Positions 35,640 to 45,622 of a stretch of 64,000 nt of DNA are shown piece by piece. Each line of letters begins with the position of its first letter. The first letter of the stretch is position 1. A program made the translations under genes and the position numbers. The notes under the pieces were generated by a model. That model ran no database searches. It was not told where the DNA came from and worked only from the letters and a program-made list of their open reading frames with translations. The stretch comes from an uncultured bacterium. Lineage in GTDB: Bacteria; Patescibacteriota; Minisyncoccia; Moranbacterales; UBA2206. Where the stretch lies: contig CAIZXS010000004.1 of assembly GCA_903937035.1 (NCBI GenBank), positions 4,693 through 68,692 on the forward strand. The letters run 5' to 3'.

Positions 35640-37303
35640 TGACTCCGAAAGATGATGATGTAAAAAAAGAAGAAGCGGTTGCTGCGGAGGGACTTCGGCA
35701 GAATATTTTGCGTGAGGCGCCGAAAACTGTTGCGGGCAGTCTTGTTAATATGCTTCCCAAGGAAGTTGCGGAGAAATATAGCATGATGGTTTTTGACAAG
35801 GTAGGAGATGTTTTGAAGGTGGCAATGGCTGATCCAGAAGATGCGCAAGCCTTGAATACTTTGAATTTTGTAGCGGAAAAAGAGAGGGCCAGAATCGAAA
35901 CTTATGCGGTTTCGCAAAAAGTATTTGCTGATTTATTTGCTTTCTATAACGAAACGAACGAAGCACTAAAGGAAGCAGTTGATTCTTTTGAAGATGAGAA
36001 GGATCAATTGGCGATTGAGGATAGTAATAATGATTCACTGGGAAAGAAGAAGGAGGCGGAAGTGTTGAAAGATGCTCCTGTTACGAAGTTGGTCGAGGTG
36101 ATCATCAGCCATGCTGTAGAGGGAAAGGCGAGTGACATCCACATTGAACCGATGGACAAGGATTATCGCGTGCGTTTTCGAGTGGACGGCGTGTTGCATG
36201 TTAGTTTGATTTTTCCAATTGAGATTGGTCCGGTGGTGATTTCTCGCATAAAGATTTTGGCTAATTTAAAAATTGATGAAAAGAGAAAACCGCAAGATGG
36301 TCGGTTCCGACTGAATTTTAACAAAAAAGATATTGACTTTCGCGTCTCATCCTTGCCTGTTGTTGGTGGAGAAAAGATTGTAATGAGAATCTTAGATAAG
36401 GATAGCGGCACAAGTAGCATTGAGAATCTTGGACTCGTGGGGATGGCAAAACATGATATTAGCGTAGCAATTCATGAGACATACGGGATGATTTTGATGA
36501 CTGGGCCGACTGGTAGTGGAAAATCAACCACGCTCTACACTCTTTTGAAAATTTTGAATAACGAGGAGCGCAATATCATCACACTGGAGGATCCGGTGGA
36601 GTATTTCATTGAAGGACTAAATCAAAGCCAGATCAAGCCGGAAATCGGCTATACTTTTGCTTCAGGTTTGCGAACTGTTTTGCGTCAAGATCCCAATGTA
36701 ATTATGGTAGGAGAAATTCGTGACGCGGAAACGGCAGAACTGGCGGTTCACGCCGCTCTCACAGGACATTTGATGTTTTCTACGTTGCATACGAACACGG
36801 CGATTGGCGCTATTCCGCGTCTAATTGACATGAAAATTGAGCCATTCTTGCTTTCTTCGTCACTTCGAATGGTGATTGCTCAACGTTTGGTGAGGCGAAT
36901 TTGTGAAAAATGCAAAAAAGAGATTACGGTTTCTCCTGTGGTCAGCGGGGGGATAGCGGAAAAAATAAAGAATATCAACGAGAAAGAATTGGAAAGCTAC
37001 GGAATAAAGTTGGAGGATGGACTTAAATTTTATCATGGCGACGGATGTGACGCTTGTAATGGAACGGGGCTCAAAGGGCGCGTGGCAATCTATGAGGCAG
37101 TGCCGGTGACAGAGGAAATTAGGAATATCATTATCGAAAAAAGAGGCAGCGAGGAATTGATCAAAAAAGAACGCGATCGGATGGGAGTGATTACAATCGA
37201 GCAAGATGGCATCTTGAAGATTATCCAAGGTCTCACAACGATCGAAGAGGTGGAACGAGTAACGGAGTGTAACTTCACAACTCTGACCGAGGAAAATGAC
37301 TAA
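35639..37303 (+). CDS. pilB: type IV pilus assembly ATPase PilB (GspE family)
   Basis: N-terminal GspII_E_N-like domain, Walker A LMTGPTGSGKSTTLYT, Asp/His boxes, C-terminal tetracysteine CEKC...CDAC. Confidence 0.95.
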   Translation: MTPKDDDVKKEEAVAAEGLRQNILREAPKTVAGSLVNMLPKEVAEKYSMMVFDKVGDVLKVAMADPEDAQALNTLNFVAEKERARIETYAVSQKVFADLFAFYNETNEALKEAVDSFEDEKDQLAIEDSNNDSLGKKKEAEVLKDAPVTKLVEVIISHAVEGKASDIHIEPMDKDYRVRFRVDGVLHVSLIFPIEIGPVVISRIKILANLKIDEKRKPQDGRFRLNFNKKDIDFRVSSLPVVGGEKIVMRILDKDSGTSSIENLGLVGMAKHDISVAIHETYGMILMTGPTGSGKSTTLYTLLKILNNEERNIITLEDPVEYFIEGLNQSQIKPEIGYTFASGLRTVLRQDPNVIMVGEIRDAETAELAVHAALTGHLMFSTLHTNTAIGAIPRLIDMKIEPFLLSSSLRMVIAQRLVRRICEKCKKEITVSPVVSGGIAEKIKNINEKELESYGIKLEDGLKFYHGDGCDACNGTGLKGRVAIYEAVPVTEEIRNIIIEKRGSEELIKKERDRMGVITIEQDGILKIIQGLTTIEEVERVTECNFTTLTEEND

Positions 37304-37332
37304 GTATATTTTTTATTTTTAATTATAATTTT

Positions 37333-37722
37333 ATGGAAGAGCAGAAAAAGAAGATCATGATTATCGAAGATGACTATTTTGTTATGGACATCTATCACAC
37401 AAAACTTACACAGTCCGGCTTTGATGTGATTAGTGCAAATAACGGACTTGACGCGTTAAAAAAGTTACAAGAAGAAAAACAAATTCCCGATTTGATTTTG
37501 CTAGACATTATCATGCCCTATCTTGGCGGATTGGAAGTTTTGGAGCGGATCAAAGCCGATGAGCAATTAAAAAGTATCCCAGTAATTTTGCTCACCAATT
37601 TGAGTCAAAAAGCTGAGATTGATAAGGGAATGGGGTTGGGAGCAAAAGATTATTTAATCAAATCTCATTTCACGCCATCAGAAGTTTTGGAAAAAATAAA
37701 TTTACTCATTGGTAATGCTTAA
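37333..37722 (+). CDS. single-domain response-regulator receiver (CheY/PilH-like) embedded between pilB and pilT
   Basis: IEDD, LLDIIMP (phosphoacceptor Asp), LLTNLS and KDYLIK are all canonical. Confidence 0.85.
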   Translation: MEEQKKKIMIIEDDYFVMDIYHTKLTQSGFDVISANNGLDALKKLQEEKQIPDLILLDIIMPYLGGLEVLERIKADEQLKSIPVILLTNLSQKAEIDKGMGLGAKDYLIKSHFTPSEVLEKINLLIGNA

Positions 37723-37728
37723 ACATTT

Positions 37729-38799
37729 ATGTTACGAACTGAACAAAAAATAAAAAATTTGCTAAGAATTGCCGCGCAACGCGGGGCTTCAGATTTACAT
37801 TTGGTGGTTGGTCGCTATCCGACCTATCGAATTGACGGAAAACTCATCTCGCTCAATCAAGATGAGATTATTACGCCTGAGGTTACGCGTGAAATTTGCG
37901 ATGTTGTTTTGAATGAAGAGAAAAAAAAGCAACTGGAAAAGGAAGGGCAAGTTGACCTGTCCTATAATTTTGAAGACAAGGTGCGTTTTCGTGTCAATGC
38001 TTTTTTTCAACAGGGCTATACGAGCATGGCATTTCGTCTGATTTCCAAAGATATCCGGACACTAGAGGAATTGGGTGTACCAGAAATTCTTTATGATTTC
38101 ACCAGAGTTTCCCAAGGATTATTTTTAATGGTGGGGCCGGTGGGACATGGAAAGTCGACGACGCTAGCAGCCATGATTGATGACATTAATCATAACCAAG
38201 AAAAGCATATTTTGACCATTGAAGATCCAATCGAATATGTCTATGAACAAGATCGTTCAATCATCAATCAAAGAGAGGTCTACCAGGATACGAATTCTTT
38301 TCAATTGGCACTTAAGGGGCTGTTTCGGGAAGATGCCAATGTGGTGCTTATTGGTGAGCTGCGAGACCTGGACACGATTTCTGCGGCAATGACGGCTGCT
38401 GAAACAGGGCATTTGATTTTTGGGACACTTCACACTAATGATGCTCCGCAAACTATTGATCGGATCGTAGATGTCTTTCCGGCTCATCAGCAAAATCAAG
38501 TTAGAGCGCAATTGGCCAGCGTGCTTTTGGCCGTTGTCTCTCAGCGCTTGATTCCCAGAGTTGATGAGGGTCGGTCTCCAGCGGTCGAGATTATGATTAA
38601 AAATCACGCGGTGGAAAACTTGATTCGAGAGAATAAAAGTTATCAAATCGGCAATGTGATTGAAACAAGTTCACAAGAGGGGATGGTGACAATGGACCGT
38701 TCACTGGCAGATTTAGTTAGGCGGGGCTTGGTTTCACTTGAAATTGCTTCGGCCTATGCAAGGGACACAAAAAATTTCGAAACGCTGCTCAGATACTAG
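37729..38799 (+). CDS. pilT: twitching-motility/retraction ATPase PilT
   Basis: LMVGPVGHGKSTTLAAMI Walker A, 356 aa, lacks the GspE N-domain. Confidence 0.9.
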   Translation: MLRTEQKIKNLLRIAAQRGASDLHLVVGRYPTYRIDGKLISLNQDEIITPEVTREICDVVLNEEKKKQLEKEGQVDLSYNFEDKVRFRVNAFFQQGYTSMAFRLISKDIRTLEELGVPEILYDFTRVSQGLFLMVGPVGHGKSTTLAAMIDDINHNQEKHILTIEDPIEYVYEQDRSIINQREVYQDTNSFQLALKGLFREDANVVLIGELRDLDTISAAMTAAETGHLIFGTLHTNDAPQTIDRIVDVFPAHQQNQVRAQLASVLLAVVSQRLIPRVDEGRSPAVEIMIKNHAVENLIRENKSYQIGNVIETSSQEGMVTMDRSLADLVRRGLVSLEIASAYARDTKNFETLLRY

Positions 38800-38836
38800 T
38801 TGGAAATTTGCTAAATTTTCTATTTATTTGAAATGA

Positions 38837-38845
38837 TGGTATAAT
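38837..38845 (+). promoter_or_regulatory. extended -10 promoter TGGTATAAT upstream of pilC
   Basis: tttgaaatgatggtataataaaa. Internal promoter within the pilus cluster. Confidence 0.4.
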
Positions 38846-38905
38846 AAAAAAGTTGTAGAGTTGGAAATTTTGAAAAAATAAAAAAAATGATTGAGGGTGA
38901 AAAAT

Positions 38906-40114
38906 ATGAAATTTAAGTTTAAGGCTAAAACAAAAACCGGAGAAGTGAGCACTGGCTACATCAGCGCTGCTAGTCGCGATTTAGCTGCGGCTATTTTGCA
39001 AAAAAATGAACTTTTTCCAATCAGTCTCGAAGAAGAAGTGGGAAATTCAGTTAAGAAGGTGGTTGCTCAATATTTTGACAAAGTCACAAGCAAAGAATTG
39101 GTGATCTTTTTTCGACAATTGGCAATTTTGATTGAAGCAAGGGTGCCGATTGTGGTGGCTCTCACAGCTATTGGCGAGCAAACAACGAGCAGTTTTTTGA
39201 AAATCATTTTGGCTGAAGCGATGAAAGACATTGAGGATGGCGTTCCACTATCTGATGCTTTTGCGAAACATAAGGAAGTTTTTTCTGATTTGGTTATTAA
39301 TATTATAAAAGCCGGTGAAGCCTCGGGAAATTTGAAAAAATCGGTGGAATATGTGGCGGATAATATTGAGAAAAACTATAATCTGACCAACAAAGTGAAA
39401 TCGGCCATGCTCTATCCGGCAATAATTATGATAGTGTTTTTCATTATTGGTTTTTTAGTGATTACGCTTATTATCCCTAAACTTACAGTAATGATTAAGG
39501 AACTAGATGCAGCTGTTCCTTGGTATACGAATGTGCTCATCAAAACCGGAGATTTCATGGTGAACTATTGGTGGGCAGTGCTTGTGCTTATTTTTGGCTT
39601 CATTGCCGGTATCGCCTATTATCTGAATACGCCAGAGGGGAAAAAAGAATGGGACCAGATAAAATTAAAGTTACCAATCATGGGAACGCTGTTTCGCTAT
39701 GTCTATATTACAAGATTTTCTGAAAACTTAGCCGTGCTCTTAGCTGGTGGTATTCCGATTATTAAGGCACTCACGATTGTGAGCGCGGTGATTGGAAATT
39801 CGGCTTACGAGGAATTACTTTTGCGCACGGCGGAAAATGTGAAAAGAGGGGAGACAATGAGTGATATTTTGCGCAGAAGCCCACTTTTCCCACCGATGGT
39901 TTCGCATATGATCAAGATTGGTGAAGATTCCGGTCAGGTTGATGCGGTGCTTGGACATATCACCAAATTTTACAGTCAAGAAGTGGAACTGATGGCAAAA
40001 AACATGTCCACATTGATTGAACCGGTTTTAATGATTATGATTGGGCTCGGTGTCGGCTTTATGGCTGTGGGAGTTCTCATGCCGATATATAATATTGCGG
40101 GACAGATAAAATAG
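38906..40114 (+). CDS. pilC: type IV pilus inner-membrane platform protein PilC (GspF family)
   Basis: Two T2SSF repeats and three TMs. Start set at ATG 38906, with gaggg SD 10 nt upstream; the track's 38891 start is a TTG extension. Confidence 0.9.
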   Translation: MKFKFKAKTKTGEVSTGYISAASRDLAAAILQKNELFPISLEEEVGNSVKKVVAQYFDKVTSKELVIFFRQLAILIEARVPIVVALTAIGEQTTSSFLKIILAEAMKDIEDGVPLSDAFAKHKEVFSDLVINIIKAGEASGNLKKSVEYVADNIEKNYNLTNKVKSAMLYPAIIMIVFFIIGFLVITLIIPKLTVMIKELDAAVPWYTNVLIKTGDFMVNYWWAVLVLIFGFIAGIAYYLNTPEGKKEWDQIKLKLPIMGTLFRYVYITRFSENLAVLLAGGIPIIKALTIVSAVIGNSAYEELLLRTAENVKRGETMSDILRRSPLFPPMVSHMIKIGEDSGQVDAVLGHITKFYSQEVELMAKNMSTLIEPVLMIMIGLGVGFMAVGVLMPIYNIAGQIK

Positions 40115-40148
40115 AAAAAATTTTAAAAACTAGAAAGGCGGGTGAAAT

Positions 40149-40544
40149 ATGAAAAATAAAAACAAAAAAGGTTTTACGCTGATTGAACTTTTGATCGTGA
40201 TTGCGATTATCGGAATTTTGGCTTCAATTGTGCTCGTTAGTTTGAATAGTGCGAGAACTAAGGCTAAATATGCTTCATTTGAGGCATCGGTTTCGTCTAT
40301 AAAGGGTGTGGCGGTTGTATGTGTTGATGGCGGAGGAGCTCCTAGCACTGCAGCCGCGGGAGCAGCAATTTGCGATGATACTGCAATTACGGACGCTGTT
40401 TATCCAACTTTGCCAATTGGATGTACTAGCGCGGGAGATTTTACTGTAGGCGGAAGTGGTGATGATTGGACAATTACTCAATCATGCGATGCAACGTGTT
40501 CCGGTGTTTGCAGTTCTACTGGTTGCGTTTACACTGGATGCTAG
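40149..40544 (+). CDS. type IV major pilin (prepilin, class III signal peptide)
   Basis: MKNKNKKGFTLIELLIVIAIIGILASIV has G/FTLIE with Glu+5. Cys-rich C-terminal domain (8 Cys). Confidence 0.9.
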   Translation: MKNKNKKGFTLIELLIVIAIIGILASIVLVSLNSARTKAKYASFEASVSSIKGVAVVCVDGGGAPSTAAAGAAICDDTAITDAVYPTLPIGCTSAGDFTVGGSGDDWTITQSCDATCSGVCSSTGCVYTGC

Positions 40545-40611
40545 GGTTATGAAAAATAATGATGGATATGTAATATAAAAAATTTATATAACTAGAAGGA
40601 GAGGTGAATTT

Positions 40612-41067
40612 ATGAAAAATAAAAAATTAAAAGGTTTTACACTGATTGAGCTTTTGATCGTAATCGCGATCATCGGAATTTTGGCTTCGATTGTGTTGGT
40701 TAGTTTGAATGCAGCTAGAGCGAAAGCAAAATCGGCAGCGTTTAAGGCTGGTCTATCCAGTATGATGCCCGCCCTTGCTATGTGTGAGGATATCGGAAGT
40801 ACGGTTACTACTCCGACCGTAGCGAGTCTTACATCTGGAACCGTTAACGTTTGTGCTGGTATTACTACGTCAAAAGTTCCCATGTTGATACCTAAGACAT
40901 GCTCTACTATCGCCGCTGCGAGTATCGTTGGTACTGGTATTGGCGCTGCAGATGCAACTAATTCTGATGGCCTATATTCATTAAGTATGATATGTAATGT
41001 TGGAACAGGAACTGTTTCTGCTGCTTGTACCGAGGCTGGATGTACATATACTGAAGTCGGACTATAG
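40612..41067 (+). CDS. type IV pilin paralog 2
   Basis: MKNKKLKGFTLIELLIVIAIIGILASIVLVSLNAAR is near-identical at the N-terminus to the upstream pilin. Divergent C-terminal domain. Confidence 0.9.
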   Translation: MKNKKLKGFTLIELLIVIAIIGILASIVLVSLNAARAKAKSAAFKAGLSSMMPALAMCEDIGSTVTTPTVASLTSGTVNVCAGITTSKVPMLIPKTCSTIAAASIVGTGIGAADATNSDGLYSLSMICNVGTGTVSAACTEAGCTYTEVGL

Positions 41068-41111
41068 CTCGCTTAGGGAAGTTGATTATCTTACTGATTG
41101 AAAATGTTGTC

Positions 41112-41145
41112 TCCCGCTCCGTTTAGCTTGATTGCGCGGAGCGGG
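41112..41145 (+). terminator. hairpin (9-bp stem CCCGCTCCG/CGGAGCGGG) downstream of pilin genes
   Basis: ctcccgctccgtttagcttgattgcgcggagcggg followed by ttggtatatt. May attenuate read-through from the pilin genes. Confidence 0.4.
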
Positions 41146-41232
41146 TTGGTATATTGATGAGTTTTTTAATTTGTTAAAAAAGCGAATTGCTAACCGTTTT
41201 TTCTGTTTATAATTTTTTCTGGTTGTCTTCTT

Positions 41233-42930
41233 ATGCCTTCTTTTCTTTCCGTCTTGCTAGGTAAAGTTAAATCTACATATTCGAATTATCCGGCACTTAT
41301 TTCCATTGGTGTTTTTTTGGTTGTTGCGTTTTTTTATTCATTGGTATATTTGGATAATTCGGGGATATCAACGATTGATGACCATTTTTTCTATTTTGAA
41401 TATGCAAAAATGGTAAAAAATGAAGGATGGGACGGAGTAAAAACTTTCGAAGGGGGCTATCTGACGAAAAAGGAAAATGGTCAAAGTAAATTTGGACTTT
41501 CTTTATTTAATATCGTCAACATTCCTTTTACGTATATTAAGAATGAAATAGATGGATTGAAATTGAGTGATATATTTGTTGCCTCTAGCGCATTGGCGCT
41601 TTTCTATTACGTATTAAGAAAAGCAAAAATTAATTATCCTTTATTTTTTACTTTTTTTCTCATTGTTTCTCCTTTTTTCATGCATCGATTATTAATGGGT
41701 AGGCCTTATGTATTGACGACTAGCTTGATTTTTTTAGAAATTTTTCTGGCAAGCAGGAAAGAATATAGAATATTGTTTTTGGTGACCCTGGTGCATCTTT
41801 TTTGGCACAATTCGACTTTTTGGCTCCCGCTTGTTATGGTTGGTGCGGTTGAAATGGCAAGATTTTTGGTTGTGCAAAAGTTTTTTTATAAAAATATTTT
41901 TGCAGTTTCAGTCGCGACTATCTTGGGAATGGCTTTTTTGCCTAATTTTTTTAATCTTTGGACTTGGCTTAGAACGATTTTTATTGTGCAAGAGGGAATA
42001 ATGGATAATTCCCTGAAGGTGTCAGGCGTGGAATTGCAAACCAGTGATGCTTTCAGTGGCCGTTTTATTGGAATTGACATTTTTTTTATTGTGGCTGTGG
42101 CGAGTATCACAATCGTCATATTTTTATATTTGAGACAGCGGAAGATATTGAGTGATGATATGAAGAGAGATTCTGCATTGGCGGAATACTATATTATGGC
42201 ATATGCCTCTTTTATATTTTTTCTGATCGTTGTGTTTGGAACAATGATTATTTCTGGAAGATTTTATGATTATTATCAGACAACGCTAGTTTTTTTATTT
42301 GCGGTTGTTGTGACGATATTGCAAAAAGAAAGATTGATTATTTTTAAGGATGTGTTGCATAAATACATTATTGTTGGCTCAACAGTTTTTATTTTATTGG
42401 TTTTATTGAATAATTTCATTGAATTGAAGAAGACGATTGGTAATATACAGTATGGAAATCTAATCGAGGCGGCAAAATGGATAGAATTGAATTCGGATGG
42501 GAAGGAGTCGGTTTTTATCCACAATTGGAGTGACTTTCCTAGACTGTTTTTTGGTAGCAGTAAAAATGTTTATACTGCAGGGATGGAACCTACGGCCCTC
42601 AAGCAATATAATGAGGTGCTCTATTGGCGATGGTATAATATGTATAGGTATAATTTTTATTGCGAGGAGTTGAGGGACTGTGAAGATAATTTGAGAATGG
42701 TTAGCGATAAATTGGCCAAGCAGAAGCCGGAATTGGGCAAGGAATATGCCAAGGAAAGTGGTCGGAAAATGATCGTCTCGATTAGAAAAGAATTTGGCTC
42801 TCGTTTTATTGTTTCTGATAATGAAAATTTTAGTCGAATAATTGATTCAAATCCAGATTTGATTGAAGAGCATTTTGAGGCAAAGTCTGGCGAAGATGTT
42901 AGCAATGTGGATGTATTTAAGCTCAAATAA
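41233..42930 (+). CDS. polytopic membrane protein, candidate GT-C-type glycosyltransferase / oligosaccharyltransferase-like
   Basis: 565 aa, ~12 predicted TMs. DD in the first extracytoplasmic loop (STIDDHFFYFEY). ~130-aa soluble C-terminal domain. First gene of the glycosylation island next to the pilins. Confidence 0.6.
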   Translation: MPSFLSVLLGKVKSTYSNYPALISIGVFLVVAFFYSLVYLDNSGISTIDDHFFYFEYAKMVKNEGWDGVKTFEGGYLTKKENGQSKFGLSLFNIVNIPFTYIKNEIDGLKLSDIFVASSALALFYYVLRKAKINYPLFFTFFLIVSPFFMHRLLMGRPYVLTTSLIFLEIFLASRKEYRILFLVTLVHLFWHNSTFWLPLVMVGAVEMARFLVVQKFFYKNIFAVSVATILGMAFLPNFFNLWTWLRTIFIVQEGIMDNSLKVSGVELQTSDAFSGRFIGIDIFFIVAVASITIVIFLYLRQRKILSDDMKRDSALAEYYIMAYASFIFFLIVVFGTMIISGRFYDYYQTTLVFLFAVVVTILQKERLIIFKDVLHKYIIVGSTVFILLVLLNNFIELKKTIGNIQYGNLIEAAKWIELNSDGKESVFIHNWSDFPRLFFGSSKNVYTAGMEPTALKQYNEVLYWRWYNMYRYNFYCEELRDCEDNLRMVSDKLAKQKPELGKEYAKESGRKMIVSIRKEFGSRFIVSDNENFSRIIDSNPDLIEEHFEAKSGEDVSNVDVFKLK

Positions 42931-43845
42931 ATGAATGATAAAATTGTAGTAGCAATTCCTTGCTACAATGAAGAACTGACAATTAGTAAGGTGATAGTGG
43001 ATTTTAAAAGAGAGCTGTCAGAAGCGAAAATTTTGGTTGTGGATAATAATTCGAAAGATCAAACGGCGCGTGTAGCAAGGGAAGCTGGGGCGGAGGTCAT
43101 TAGTGAAAAAAGACAGGGCAAGGGTTTTGCTGTGCAAAAAATATTTGATGAGTTTTGTGGTGACGTACTTATTTTGGTTGATGGTGATGATACTTATGAT
43201 GCTAGAAATGTGCAAAGCCTATTACTGCCGGTATTAAATGATGAAGCTGATATGACGGTGGGGAATCGAATTCATTCAAAAAATGAAGGCGCTTTTACTG
43301 GTAGTCATTGGCTGGGAAATAAATTTCTCACTAAATCGCTGAACTTCTTGTTTGGAACAAAACTCCGTGACATGGAATCAGGCTTTCGAGTAATTGATAA
43401 GAAATTCGTGAATTCAAGTGCGCTTTTGGCTGGTGGCTTTGGAATTGAACCAGAATTAACCATCCAAGCTTTAGAAAGAGGGATGCGAATAAGGGAGGTT
43501 CCGATAAAGCTTTATCCAAGAAAAGAAGGAAGCCATTCAAAACTTAACGCTGTGAGAGATGGGACAATAGTTTTATACACAATTGTCTCGTTATTTCGGG
43601 ATTATAAGCCATTGCAATTTTTTACTTTGTTAGCATCCATCTTTTTTTTGATAGGCGTACTGTTGGGCTGGTTTAGTATCCGGGATTACGTGCATACGGG
43701 TATTGTTTCGCGCATCCCGACGTTGATTGTTTCTGGGTTATCTATGATTTCGGCATTTATTAGTTTCATTGCTGGGTTGATTTTAAGTTCGATTAAGCGG
43801 AGACACGAAGAGTTGCTGGTGATTTTAAGGAGAAGCTCTAAATAA
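42931..43845 (+). CDS. GT2 polyprenyl-phosphate glycosyltransferase (GtrB/ArnC/DPM1-like)
   Basis: VAIPCYNEELTI...VVDNNSKDQT...VDGDDTYD GT-A motifs plus two C-terminal TMs characteristic of GtrB-like enzymes. Confidence 0.85.
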   Translation: MNDKIVVAIPCYNEELTISKVIVDFKRELSEAKILVVDNNSKDQTARVAREAGAEVISEKRQGKGFAVQKIFDEFCGDVLILVDGDDTYDARNVQSLLLPVLNDEADMTVGNRIHSKNEGAFTGSHWLGNKFLTKSLNFLFGTKLRDMESGFRVIDKKFVNSSALLAGGFGIEPELTIQALERGMRIREVPIKLYPRKEGSHSKLNAVRDGTIVLYTIVSLFRDYKPLQFFTLLASIFFLIGVLLGWFSIRDYVHTGIVSRIPTLIVSGLSMISAFISFIAGLILSSIKRRHEELLVILRRSSK

Positions 43846-43865
43846 TTTATTAAAACTTCCTGTGT

Positions 43866-44789
43866 ATGGAAAAAATCAGTTGTCCTATCTGTGGTGGCGA
43901 TGGTTTTGACTTACTGTTTAAAGCGCAAGATAATATTTGTCATATTGATGGTGAATTCGATATTGTTAAATGCGAGAAGTGCTCGCTTATTATTACCAAT
44001 CCAAGGCCCGACAAAGAAGAGATTAATCGTTATTATCCCAAGGAATATCAATGCTATAATTTGAATCATAGCAGAACTGAGTTGGTGGTTAAGTTGAGAA
44101 GATTCCTTGGAAGATTTACTGACCTATTCTATAGCGAAACAATCATCTTGCCATTAGAAGAAACAACGCCGATTATTCTTGAAATTGGTTGTGGCGGCGG
44201 GAATTTTTTGTATGAGTATAGTCGTCTGAATCCACAACATAAAATTATAGGTTCGGATTTCAATCTAGAGGTCATAAAAGCTTTGAAAAAACAAAATCTA
44301 GATGTTTTCCAGTCTGATTTGACCTCAATAGCATTGGAGACAGGCCATGTTGATTGTGTATATGGCTGGATGGTTTTGGAGCATGTGCACGACATCAATA
44401 AGGCTCTTGGTGAAATTGGCCGAGTTTTGAAAAAGCAGGGTAAATTTATTTTCTCAATACCTAACGCGGCAAGTTGGGAATTTAAGTTATTTCGGGGTGA
44501 TTGCTATTCAAATCATGTGCCTAACCACTTATATCATTTCACGCCAAAGACAATCAAACAGCTTTTGAAAAAAAATGGATTTAGGATTGAGCGAATCTTA
44601 TACCAAAAAACTTTGCGAGATGCCGTTGAAAGCTTCAGGCTTGTATGCGCGAGAAAGAAATACTATAGATTGGAGTCTGTTTTGAGTTGGAATTTGGTGC
44701 TATTTGTGCTTACTTATCCTTTGGCATTTGTATTGTCAATTTTCCATAAATCTTCCCGAATGACTATTATTGCTAAAAAATATGACTAA
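43866..44789 (+). CDS. class I SAM-dependent methyltransferase with N-terminal Cys4 zinc ribbon
   Basis: CPICGG...CEKCS zinc ribbon; ILEIGCGGGNF motif I. Confidence 0.8.
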   Translation: MEKISCPICGGDGFDLLFKAQDNICHIDGEFDIVKCEKCSLIITNPRPDKEEINRYYPKEYQCYNLNHSRTELVVKLRRFLGRFTDLFYSETIILPLEETTPIILEIGCGGGNFLYEYSRLNPQHKIIGSDFNLEVIKALKKQNLDVFQSDLTSIALETGHVDCVYGWMVLEHVHDINKALGEIGRVLKKQGKFIFSIPNAASWEFKLFRGDCYSNHVPNHLYHFTPKTIKQLLKKNGFRIERILYQKTLRDAVESFRLVCARKKYYRLESVLSWNLVLFVLTYPLAFVLSIFHKSSRMTIIAKKYD

Positions 44790-45600
44790 TGGACTTGTGA
44801 GTATTCTTATCGTGGCCTATAATGCTGAAAAGTATATCAAAGACACGATAGTAAGTTGCCTGAATCAGACATATGAGAAAACTGAGTTATTAATTTTGGA
44901 TAATAATTCTTCCGACAAAACTATTGAGATTATTAGATCAATGAAAGATAGTCGGATCAAGCTGTTCATTGGGAGTGAGAATCTCGGACCATTTGCTGGC
45001 TTGAATTATTTATTGGATAGGGCAGCAGGAGAATATGTGGCCATACAGGACCATGATGATTTGTGGTTTCCTGAAAAAATTAAAAAGCAAATTACATTAC
45101 TTAGTCGAAACAAAGACATTATTGCTTGCGGAGCTAGAACCTTCTATTTTTACGAAAATTTCGGCTTATTTATTTTGAATAATAAGAAATTTTTGGTCGA
45201 TTGCTATGATCACACATCCCTTTTCTTTAGGAATATGGGTTTTCGTTATCAATATAAGCACGTCTTGCCGGATCAGCATTTTCAAAAAGTTATTTTGAGT
45301 GAGAAAGGAAAAAGGGTCTGTTTGCAGGAGATCCTCGCTATTCATCGTATTAGAGATGATGGCAAAAATTATTCGCGATACATATTTAAATTTACATTAA
45401 AAAATATTCGAGATTTAATTGAGATGAATGGCGTGAGCGTGAAAAATCTATTTTTTTTTCTTACTTTGGTTGTGAATAGAATCTTTCCCCCATCTCTGTC
45501 TTATCGTCTGGCGTTTAGGATTTTCAAATCCAATTTGATTCAGTTGACCATGGAAGAATTCAAAATGGATTATCCTGATTCTAATCTTTTTATTCGGTAG
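44770..45600 (+). CDS. glycosyltransferase family 2
   Basis: VSILIVAYNAEKYIKDTIVSCLNQTY, LILDNNSSDKT and DHDD fit the GT-A fold. Confidence 0.85.
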   Translation: MLKNMTNGLVSILIVAYNAEKYIKDTIVSCLNQTYEKTELLILDNNSSDKTIEIIRSMKDSRIKLFIGSENLGPFAGLNYLLDRAAGEYVAIQDHDDLWFPEKIKKQITLLSRNKDIIACGARTFYFYENFGLFILNNKKFLVDCYDHTSLFFRNMGFRYQYKHVLPDQHFQKVILSEKGKRVCLQEILAIHRIRDDGKNYSRYIFKFTLKNIRDLIEMNGVSVKNLFFFLTLVVNRIFPPSLSYRLAFRIFKSNLIQLTMEEFKMDYPDSNLFIR

Positions 45601-45622
45601 GAAAGTGATGATTCGCACGTAG

